Origin: an uncultured delta proteobacterium
GTDB taxonomy: Bacteria; Desulfobacterota; Binatia; UBA9968
NCBI GenBank assembly: GCA_963737905.1
Contig: CAVTUQ010000019.1
Location: forward strand, 136,837 to 200,836
Direction of reading: 5' to 3'
DNA: 64,000 nt
Shown: piece by piece, positions 56,362-63,636 of the stretch
How positions within the stretch are numbered: position 1 is the stretch's first letter
Layout of the letters: every line of letters begins with the position of its first letter
Made by a program: the position numbers and the translations under genes
Notes under the pieces: generated by a model
What the model saw: the letters and a program-made list of their open reading frames with translations, nothing else
The model's database searches: none
Told to the model about the DNA's origin: nothing

Positions 56362-57453
56362 TTATCCCGAGCGGCGCAGAATTTTGAACGGCGGCAGCAC
56401 CGAGCGTAGCTTCAGCAACCCGCCACAACTTGGGCAGGCAGTGCGTTTTGGAGGGTCGATCTCGGGGACCGGCAAATCGACAGCGAAACCGTAACTTAAT
56501 TCGATCAGGCCACGAATCCGATCGAGCGGGATCTTGCAGTTGGGATTCATAAAGCCGTAGTAGCGGATTTTCATGAAGCCAGTGGGCAGCACATGCTGCA
56601 AGAAGCGGCGGATGAACTCCATAACATCAAGAGCCAAGATTCTGGAGCGCTGGCTGTGAGGCTTGCGATAGCGAATCAGCACGGTGCGGTCCTGGACGCC
56701 AAGGATGCGCGAGTTGGAGATGGCGACTTTGAAGACGTAGGGAGCGAGGTATTTGAGGCAGGCCTCACTGGAGGAGACCGCTTGGCAGTTGACGTTCCAG
56801 GCGATTTGCCAGACATCGTTGGGAATTTGATCGAACAATTTTGCTTGTTTCATCAGATCGCGGAACTTGGCCCTAAAGATGATCGAGAGCGCTTTGACCG
56901 GCAGAAAGAAATCGATTCGGGAAGGATGCCAAGAGCCATCCAATGAACGCATAGCGCCACCCGAAACGATGTAGTGGATGTGGGGATGGTACTGAAGAGT
57001 TCGTCCCCAGGTGTGCAGCACACCGAAGAAGCCTGGGAGATCGGCACCGATGTGTTTGGGATCAGTGGCGAGCTTTTTGATCGCCGCAGAAGAGGACTTG
57101 AACAGAGCCGAGTAACCGAGGCGCTGGTGTTGGCGGATGAAGGAACGCAATTTTTCTGGAACGGTAAACGTGATCAGGAAGTGATGGCCTGGGAGTTGGC
57201 GCTGGATCTGGGTTTGGAGCCACTGTTGGGATTTGTTGTACTGGCAGGTGGGACAGTGGCGATTGCCACAGGAAACGAAGAACTGTTGCGGCTCAGCACA
57301 GCCCTCGCACTGATAGAAAGCGATCCCGCAAGCCTCGGTGCGACAAGCGATGATGGCATCGATGACTTTACGATGGCTGCTGGGCATGGTCGTAGCATAG
57401 CGTTGGAGATACTCGGGGCCGAAGGTGGAAAAGATTTCACGAATGGAGGTCAT
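56362..57453 (-). CDS. IS91-family Y2 (HUH rolling-circle) transposase
   Basis: N-terminal Zn-binding CEGC...CGNRHCPTCQ, HUH motif HPHIHYIV, and Y2 motif YLAPYVFKVAIS. Confidence 0.85.
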   Translation of the reverse strand: MTSIREIFSTFGPEYLQRYATTMPSSHRKVIDAIIACRTEACGIAFYQCEGCAEPQQFFVSCGNRHCPTCQYNKSQQWLQTQIQRQLPGHHFLITFTVPEKLRSFIRQHQRLGYSALFKSSSAAIKKLATDPKHIGADLPGFFGVLHTWGRTLQYHPHIHYIVSGGAMRSLDGSWHPSRIDFFLPVKALSIIFRAKFRDLMKQAKLFDQIPNDVWQIAWNVNCQAVSSSEACLKYLAPYVFKVAISNSRILGVQDRTVLIRYRKPHSQRSRILALDVMEFIRRFLQHVLPTGFMKIRYYGFMNPNCKIPLDRIRGLIELSYGFAVDLPVPEIDPPKRTACPSCGGLLKLRSVLPPFKILRRSG

Positions 57454-58324
57454 GATCGAGTCCCTCCATCACGTGATTGATCAACTGACAGGCATCTTCC
57501 TGACCCTTCTGGGTCAGGTGGAGATAGAGCATGGTGGTTTCGAGACGGGAGTGGCCCAGGTAGCGTTGGATGACGCGCAGGTTGACGCCGGCTTCGAGGA
57601 GATGGGTGGCGTAGGAGTGGCGCAGGGTGTGGACCGCAACGCCCTTTTTGTTCACGCCGGCGTCCCGCTTGGCTTGGCGAAAGGCGCTCTGGAGGGTGCT
57701 CTTGGCCATGGGTTGGGTAGCCTGATGGGCATCGGTTTTTTTGTGGCCGCGAGCGGGGAAAACAAGCCGAGGATGGCGATGAGTGAGCCAGTATTGGCGC
57801 AGCAGATGGAGTGTGGGCTGGGGCAGAGCGACGTAGCGGTCCTTGGCGCCCTTGCCGCGGTGGACATGGATCATCATGCGCTTACTGTCGATATCGGAGA
57901 CTTCGAGGTGGCGGGCTTCGTCAAGGCGCAGGCCGCAGGAGTAGACGGTGGAGAGAAAGACGTGGTGGGGAGAGTTTTTAACCTGGGCCAGAAGGCTTCG
58001 GACTTCTTCGACGCTTAAGACAGCGGGCAGGCGGTGTTCGTTCTGGGCGCGCAGAATCGACAGGATGTGCCAGTCGCGCGCTAGCACATGGACGTAGAAA
58101 AAACGAATACCGCAGTAGCAGATGCGCATCGTCTTGGGCGCCCAGCGGTTGACGTTTTTGCGATGCAGAAAGTATTCTTGGAGCTCGGGTTCGGAGACGA
58201 GATCGGGCGTTTTCTCGTAAAACTCAGAGAGCATCCGTACCGCGCGGGTATAGGCTTTCTGGGTGGGTTCTCCTTTCCCATTGAGTTGCAGGATGGCGAT
58301 CATCCGTGGATACCAATCGTTCAT
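57437..58324 (-). CDS. tyrosine recombinase (phage-integrase family), IS91-associated type
   Basis: R..HxxR..Y catalytic set (GLRLDEARHL, HTLRHSYATHLL, LGHSRLETTMLYLH). Its stop overlaps the transposase start by 17 nt. It lacks the long IntI-specific insertion. Confidence 0.8.
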   Translation of the reverse strand: MNDWYPRMIAILQLNGKGEPTQKAYTRAVRMLSEFYEKTPDLVSEPELQEYFLHRKNVNRWAPKTMRICYCGIRFFYVHVLARDWHILSILRAQNEHRLPAVLSVEEVRSLLAQVKNSPHHVFLSTVYSCGLRLDEARHLEVSDIDSKRMMIHVHRGKGAKDRYVALPQPTLHLLRQYWLTHRHPRLVFPARGHKKTDAHQATQPMAKSTLQSAFRQAKRDAGVNKKGVAVHTLRHSYATHLLEAGVNLRVIQRYLGHSRLETTMLYLHLTQKGQEDACQLINHVMEGLDHDLHS

Positions 58325-58425
58325 AAAGTTCTCCTTCCGAAATAAGATAGGAGAGCTTATCGAACAACGATGGTGGTGGGACAGGAACGAATGTCAGGGC
58401 GAATTAACTGCCGCGGAGCGGCTTA

Positions 58426-58485
58426 CTTGAACCATTGGGTTGAGACGGTCGCGGCAGACCGCGCCTCTCACCCACAACGTTAGAC
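58426..58485 (+). repeat. attC-like site 1: CTTGAAC ... GTTAGAC (60 bp)
   Basis: Arms CATTGGGTTGAGACGGTCGCGG / CCGCGCCTCTCACCCACAAC pair around the loop CAGA, with three single-base bulges on the left arm. Confidence 0.6.
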
Positions 58486-58616
58486 AGCCGAAAGTCAGGA
58501 GAGCGCCGATGATGGATCCGATCAGACGCAAAATCCTTCAAACAGGCGGCGCGGCAACGGTGATAATCGCAGCGCGGCGAGTGTTTGGTCAGCAAACTGC
58601 ACAAGGAGGAGCTGCA

Positions 58617-59372
58617 ATGTCGTTCTACAAAAAAGGCCCCGTTTGCATTCAATATGAGGAGGCCGGTTCTGGCTTCCCGTTGTTGCTCGTTCCTGGCGGG
58701 GGATTGAACTCGACGATCGCCGGCTTGAAACGCGGCGGGCCTTTCAATGCGATCGAAGAGTTCAAGGGAGAATACAGCTGCATCTTCTCGGACATGCGCA
58801 ACGCCAATGGCGGTCAGTCCTACGGCCCACTTGAGATCGATCGGCCGTGGGATGCCTATACCGATGACCATATCGGTGTGATGGATCATTTAGGAATAGA
58901 CAAGTTCATGGTCATGGGCTTCTGTATCGGCGGTCCGTTGATTTGGAACCTTCTGAAGCGGGCACCCGATCGCATCGTCGCAGCCGTGCTGGCACAGCCC
59001 AGCGGATTCCGCCCGGAGCTGCCCAACCACTCGTACGACAACAACATCAAGGGTTGGGGCCCCGAGCTGGTCAAGCGCCGGCCCGACATCACGATGGAGA
59101 TGGTCGACAAATTTCTAACCAAGATGTACCGCACCAACCCCGACTTCGTCTGGACTGTGACACGCGATTTCGTGCGCAATTGCCGGACGCCGGTGCTGAT
59201 CCTGCCGGATGATACCCCGCCGCATCCGTACGTCGTCGCCATGGAGGCCGCCATGCTTGCGCCGAAGGCAGAAGTGAGCATGTTCCCGTGGAAGGAGCCG
59301 AAGGAACGGATTCCCCTGGCGGTGCGCCAGATACGTTCCTTCCTCCGGGCGCACCGGCTCGCTTCTGTTTAG
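58617..59372 (+). CDS. alpha/beta-fold hydrolase
   Basis: Start moved to MSFYKKGPVCIQYEEAGSGFPLLLVPGGG behind AAGGAGGAG. Nucleophile-elbow-like MGFCIGG. The ORF-track start at 58440 lies inside the repeat. Confidence 0.7.
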   Translation: MSFYKKGPVCIQYEEAGSGFPLLLVPGGGLNSTIAGLKRGGPFNAIEEFKGEYSCIFSDMRNANGGQSYGPLEIDRPWDAYTDDHIGVMDHLGIDKFMVMGFCIGGPLIWNLLKRAPDRIVAAVLAQPSGFRPELPNHSYDNNIKGWGPELVKRRPDITMEMVDKFLTKMYRTNPDFVWTVTRDFVRNCRTPVLILPDDTPPHPYVVAMEAAMLAPKAEVSMFPWKEPKERIPLAVRQIRSFLRAHRLASV

Positions 59373-59435
59373 ACGGAGGCGTCAGTACCAGAAGGCCGTC
59401 GACGCCAGGTGACCGCATGAAACCTTTCTTACGCC

Positions 59436-59495
59436 GTCTAACCATTGGGTTGAGAATGACGCGGCAGAGCGCCCCTCTCATCCATGGCGTCAGAC
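59436..59495 (+). repeat. attC-like site 2: GTCTAAC ... GTCAGAC (60 bp)
   Basis: Same length as site 1, sharing AACCATTGGGTTGAGA, CGCGGCAGA and CCTCTCA in the same order. The arms pair with bulges. Confidence 0.6.
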
Positions 59496-59499
59496 GTCA

Positions 59500-59996
59500 G
59501 TCTCAGTCAACAGGTTACGGAGGTGGCTATGGAACCCAACTGCACACCGATGCTGATAAGTACCAGGCCGGAATGGGAGGCGCGTCACAAAAAAGCGAGG
59601 ACCTGTTGCAACTTGTGTATGGGATAACAGTGGAGGCTTGGAGTTAGCGGAAAGATTCTGGGACGCGGCTATTGCGGTTGATCCAGAAGCTAAACGAACT
59701 GGGGATAGCGTTATGGATCACCAAGTGCGCTTTCAGATTTGTGGACCGCCACTGGTTTTGCGAATGTTGAAACAAAGGCCCTGATTATTCCTATGGAGTT
59801 TACTTCCTTCGAGGATTTGTGGCGCATTGAGTCGAATGCCCAGGGACCGCCTAAACTTTATATCAGTACTCTCTCTGAGCATCGCCAACAGGCATTGAAG
59901 GAGCGACTACGCACGGATATTCTTGGTAATCGCCCTGATGGATCGATTATGCTTAGTGCCAAGGCTTGGGCAGTGCGCGGGGTGGTACCGGCATAG
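59500..59996 (+). pseudogene. 5'-truncated, multiply frameshifted class I SAM-methyltransferase remnant
   Basis: Three frames join to LHTDADKYQAGM | RRVTKKRGPVATCVWDNSGGLELAERFWDAAIAVDPEAKRTGD | YGSPSALSDLWTATGFANVE...FTSFEDLW...DGSIMLSAKAWAVRG, a recognisable MTase C-terminal half. Confidence 0.55.
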
Positions 59997-60032
59997 AATT
60001 TTTCCGCGGACTGGTTTTTCGCAAAACGGAGC

Positions 60033-60089
60033 GTCTAACTTGGCCTCAGACCGATCGCTTACAGCGCCGGCTGAGCGTGAACGTTGGCC
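60033..60089 (+). repeat. attC-like site 3: GTCTAAC ... GTTGGCC (57 bp)
   Basis: Canonical inverse core. Arms GCCTCAG / CTGAGC and CGCT / AGCG pair around TAC. Confidence 0.5.
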
Positions 60090-60111
60090 TTCAAATTACC
60101 GAAGTTTGCTT

Positions 60112-60828
60112 ATGAAAATATTTCTGTCGCATCGCAGCCGAGATAAGGCGTTGGTCCGTGAGTTTAGGGACCTACTGCCAAGGTTCTTAGACGCTTGGCT
60201 CGACGAGGAAAGGCTTTCGTGGGGCGATTCCTTCCCAGGAGAGCTGAAGTCGAGCATTCAGTCGGGGGTCGATTTCTTAATCATATTCCTGGACAGGGAG
60301 GCGCTTAGTTCGGCATGGGTGAAACAGGAACTCCAATGGGCAATCGAACGCGAAAAGGAATTGAAGAGGACGTTTATCCTGCCCATCCTGCTCGAAGAAG
60401 TTTCTCCTGAAAATCTGCCCACTGAGTTTTCCACGCGATTATACCTTCGACTGGACGATTTCAGCCGTGCGTCGGTTGAGGCATTGGCGACCAGAGCGAC
60501 ACTACAACTGTTTCGTTTGGTTGTCGAAAGTTTCTCAGCTGTCCAGCTCGAAATACCGCGTCGCGAATCGCTCAACGCAATCCGTGACGGGCTTAGTGCA
60601 GGGCAGGCTCGTCTGCTAGGGTATATAGTCCGACAATGCAGTGATGGCTCAGAGCTGACGCAACGCGAGATCGAGACTGCAATGGGACACGCCCATGGCT
60701 CAGCAGAACTCTTTTACCGACTGGAATCGCTGATCGCACAAGGTTTCCTATTGAAGCGGCGCATAGCGGCAGATGGACAGTTTTCATATCGACTAAGCAA
60801 GGACTTTGGGGAGTTACGAGAAGGCTAA
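60112..60828 (+). CDS. TIR-domain protein with C-terminal winged-helix (wHTH) domain
   Basis: Start moved to MKIFLSHRSRDKALV. TIR_2-like motifs FLSH.S.D, DFLIIFL, SSAWVKQELQWA (conserved Glu), FILPILL. C-terminal LTQREIETAM...LFYRLESLIAQGFLLKRR..GQFSYRLS. Confidence 0.7.
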   Translation: MKIFLSHRSRDKALVREFRDLLPRFLDAWLDEERLSWGDSFPGELKSSIQSGVDFLIIFLDREALSSAWVKQELQWAIEREKELKRTFILPILLEEVSPENLPTEFSTRLYLRLDDFSRASVEALATRATLQLFRLVVESFSAVQLEIPRRESLNAIRDGLSAGQARLLGYIVRQCSDGSELTQREIETAMGHAHGSAELFYRLESLIAQGFLLKRRIAADGQFSYRLSKDFGELREG

Positions 60829-60910
60829 CCAAGCGTTGGACCGAACGGTGAATAGCGGCGATCGTGATGGCAGCGATTTTTCGCGCCGCCGGTCAACTCG
60901 GCTGTTAAGC
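60823..60910 (+). repeat. attC-like site 4: GGCTAAC ... GTTAAGC (88 bp)
   Basis: Overlaps the TAA stop of the TIR gene. GTTG[G]ACCG pairs with CGGTCAAC (bulged G), and GCGGCG pairs with CGCCGC. Confidence 0.5.
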
Positions 60911-60970
60911 TGCCTGCACTATGCCACCTTGACACTTGTCAATTTCGTTCAGATACGCCAGATATGATCC

Positions 60971-61812
60971 ATGACAACCATCAACCAAAATCGCACGCGA
61001 ATGAACGACGCTCTTGATCCCTCATCTATCCTCCAAACCGCTTTCGGTTTTTGGCATTCCAAAGTCCTGCTCACGGCCGTCGAGTTCGGTGTGTTCACGA
61101 AACTCGCCGGTCGCCGTCTCACCGGCGCCACCCAGCGGCGCATCGGACGATTCGAGTTGGCGAACGGCGGTACGATCTTTCTCGACGAGGTTACCGAGTT
61201 GCCCATCGATACGCAGGTCAAGCTGTGCGCGTGCTGCAAGAAGGAGAGTTCGAACGAGTCGGAAGCAGCAGACGATCAAAGTCGATGTGCGCGCCATCGC
61301 CGCCACCAATCGAGCTCAATGAGGTTGTGAAGAACGGAACCTTTCGGTCGGATCTTTTTTACCGGCTCAACGTGTTTCCTCTGAGGGTGTCGGCGCTGCG
61401 CGAACGGAAAGATGATATTTCGCTCCTGGTCAATTTCTTTCTGAGCAAATTTGGCAAGAAATTGGGTAAAGAGGTGCGGGGTGTCTCTCAGAGATCGATG
61501 GATAGTTTGGTCAACTACGACTGGCCGGGAAACGTGCGTGAATTACAAAACATCATTGAGCGCGCGGTGGTGCTCGCCGCGGGTCCGATCGTCCAGATCG
61601 ACGACTCGATGATGCGCTCCGGTGAAGCGGCGCAGGAGTCGGCCCTCGATACGCTTGAGAATGCTGAACGCAATCACGTCCTGCGGGCGTTGTACGAAAC
61701 CCATTGGATTGTTCACGGCAAGAAGGGCGCGGCGGAGATCCTTGGGATCAACCCCAGTACCTTGCGATCGCGGATGGAGAAGCTTGGAATAAGGCGGCCA
61801 GCGCAATCGTAA
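60971..61812 (+). pseudogene. chimeric remnant: O-methyltransferase dimerisation-domain fragment fused to a 5'-truncated, frameshifted sigma-54 activator
   Basis: [33 protein letters not shown] (OMT N-terminus) runs at about 61130 into [20 protein letters not shown] (Walker B). At least 3 frame changes follow (61225-61320) before FRSDLFYRLNVFPL...WPGNVRELQN...HTH. Confidence 0.7.
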
Positions 61813-61814
61813 AA

Positions 61815-61925
61815 GTTCCAGTCGTTTCAATTGTTCCAGAAGTTCCAGCGGTTGAGGTCAACGGTCCGTTGGACGGTTCAACGACGACGACTTGAACGAA
61901 TGGAACAACTGGAGCTTTTGGAACC
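61815..61925. repeat. about 110-bp imperfect palindrome with three GTTCCAG copies on the left arm
   Basis: GTTCCAG at 61815, 61833 and 61842. Inverse TGGAAC/CTGGAG/GGAAC at 61901-61925. Centre CAACGGTCCGTTG at about 61866. Confidence 0.6.
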
Positions 61926-62523
61926 TCGGCCATCGCGGCGCCCATATGATGACCAACCGGTACCCGAGCAGCAGCGCCAATATCGCACCGTATTGAAACG
62001 GCCGGCGAATATCGGCTTTCACCAACCAGTAGAAATGAATGACGCCGGCGATTGCCGCGATATAAACCAAGCGGTGCAACCGCTGCCAGCGCTTGCCCAG
62101 CCTGCGAATCATAGCTGCCGTCGAGGTGATCGCCAGCGGGATCATAAGCACGAAGCCGGTAAATCCCGCGGTCACATAGGGGCGCTTGATGATGTCTTTG
62201 ACGATCGCTTGAAAATCAAAGAAATGATCGAGCACCAGGTAAGTCGAGAAGTGCAGGCCCGCGTAGAAGAAGGCGAACAGTCCTAGCATCCGCCGGAACT
62301 TGATTATCTCGTTCCATCCAAAGATTTTGCGTAGCGGTGTCACGCTGAGTGTTGCCAGCAAGAAGATCAAAGTCCAATCGCCGGTAAAGTGCGTGATAAA
62401 CTCGATCGGGTTTGCTGTCAGATCACCAGCCCATGCGTTGTACAGTAGCTGCCCCAACGGGATGAGACAGGCGATAAAGACAGCGAGTTTTAAGCGGGAC
62501 AACATAGTCGGCATATAGCTCAT
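61858..62523 (-). CDS. msrQ: protein-methionine-sulfoxide reductase heme-binding subunit MsrQ (YedZ)
   Basis: 221 aa, 6 TM helices, ferric-reductase-like His pairs, immediately downstream of msrP. Confidence 0.8.
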   Translation of the reverse strand: MSYMPTMLSRLKLAVFIACLIPLGQLLYNAWAGDLTANPIEFITHFTGDWTLIFLLATLSVTPLRKIFGWNEIIKFRRMLGLFAFFYAGLHFSTYLVLDHFFDFQAIVKDIIKRPYVTAGFTGFVLMIPLAITSTAAMIRRLGKRWQRLHRLVYIAAIAGVIHFYWLVKADIRRPFQYGAILALLLGYRLVIIWAPRWPRFQKLQLFHSFKSSSLNRPTDR

Positions 62524-62623
62524 GGTTTATAGCATATGGCGCGGCCTATGACTTATCGCAGCGTCTGCTCTCGATTGGTGCATAGCCGAGCCATACGCTA
62601 TAGGCCATACGCCATTTACTCTC

Positions 62624-63586
62624 CTAATAATACTTCTTCAAATCCATCCCACGGTAAAGGTCCGCGACCTGTTCACCGTAGCCGTTGAACATCAAGGTCT
62701 TTCGCCTGAGGAATTCACCGATGCGCCGTTCCGTCGCCTGGCTCCAGCGCGGGTGGTCGACTTCGGGGTTTACGTTGGAATAAAAGCCGTATTCCTGCGG
62801 CTGCATCAGGTTCCAGGCGGTGGGTGGTTGTTTTTCGACGAAGCGGATCTTGACGATGGATTTGATGCTCTTGAAGCCGTATTTCCACGGCACGACAAGC
62901 CGGATTGGCGCTCCGTTTTGCGAGGGTAGTGTTTCCCCATACAGGCCCACAGACAGTATCGTCAACGGGTGCATCGCTTCGTCCATCCGCAGTCCTTCGA
63001 CATAGGGCCATTCCAGCACGGGGAATTTTTGCCCGGGCATGCGCTTTGGATCTTGTAGTGTGACAAACTGGATGTACTTTGCTTTGCCGGTGGGCTCCGC
63101 GAGCTTGACGAGCGAATTCAAAGGAAAGCCGACCCAGGGAATCACCATCGACCAGGCCTCGACGCAACGCAAGCGATAGATTCTTTCTTCCAGCGGGGCG
63201 ATCTTTATGAGCGTGTCAATGTCGTAGGTTTTTGGTTTATTAATTTCACCCTCGACGGCGATCGTCCAGGGACGGGTCGTGAGATATTTGGCGTTTTCTG
63301 CCGGATCGCCTTTGTCGGTACCGAGTTCATAGAAGTTGTTGTAGGTTGTGATGTCTTTAAGTGAATTCAATTTTTCGCTGGTACTGAACGAGCTTTTGCG
63401 AAGGTCGCTCAATTTTTCTCCCGCGATGACTTGACGAGGCGAGAGAGACGCACCGAACCCGCTGAGGACTGCGCCGGCGGATAGCGCCGTGGCGGACGCA
63501 GCGAGAATAAACTGACGCCGGTTCAAGTAAAGATCTTTGGGGGTGATCTCAGATGACTTTATGTCGTTCGATTTCGTGATCAGCAT
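62624..63586 (-). CDS. msrP: protein-methionine-sulfoxide reductase molybdopterin catalytic subunit MsrP (YedY)
   Basis: Tat signal [42 protein letters not shown] and [18 protein letters not shown] are YedY hallmarks. Confidence 0.9.
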   Translation of the reverse strand: MLITKSNDIKSSEITPKDLYLNRRQFILAASATALSAGAVLSGFGASLSPRQVIAGEKLSDLRKSSFSTSEKLNSLKDITTYNNFYELGTDKGDPAENAKYLTTRPWTIAVEGEINKPKTYDIDTLIKIAPLEERIYRLRCVEAWSMVIPWVGFPLNSLVKLAEPTGKAKYIQFVTLQDPKRMPGQKFPVLEWPYVEGLRMDEAMHPLTILSVGLYGETLPSQNGAPIRLVVPWKYGFKSIKSIVKIRFVEKQPPTAWNLMQPQEYGFYSNVNPEVDHPRWSQATERRIGEFLRRKTLMFNGYGEQVADLYRGMDLKKYY

Positions 63587-63636
63587 TCGGTTTCCTCCTC
63601 ACTGCTATTTACGCGCGACCCTTCGCGAAAGATTGG

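Larger units (their letters stand above)
56075..58425 (-). mobile_element. IS91-family element of the two-ORF subgroup (tyrosine recombinase + Y2 HUH transposase); ends not defined
   Basis: Two overlapping minus-strand ORFs bounded by inverted GTTCAAGAAGCC (56068-) and GGCTTACTTGAAC (-58432). Boundaries are inferred only from these flanks. Confidence 0.6.

Noticed and set aside
57437-58324. The tyrosine recombinase could be the integron integrase (IntI) of the attC-like array, because it is divergent from the cassettes and directly adjacent to site 1.
   Set aside because: - It is only 295 aa.
- It has about 50 residues between the beta-hairpin region and HTLRHS, so it lacks the long IntI-specific insertion.
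- Its stop overlaps an IS91 Y2 transposase, as in the two-ORF IS91 subgroup.
- It is itself bracketed by attC-like sites.
61815-61848. The three GTTCCAG repeats might be a mini-CRISPR or tandem repeat array.
   Set aside because: The repeats are only 7 bp with irregular 11- and 2-bp spacing, and they form one arm of a palindrome. No CRISPR-like repeat-spacer periodicity exists anywhere in the window.
61831-62286. 151-aa plus-strand ORF, and 61704-61895.
   Set aside because: They are antisense to or overlap msrQ and the palindrome. The composition is typical of a wrong frame.
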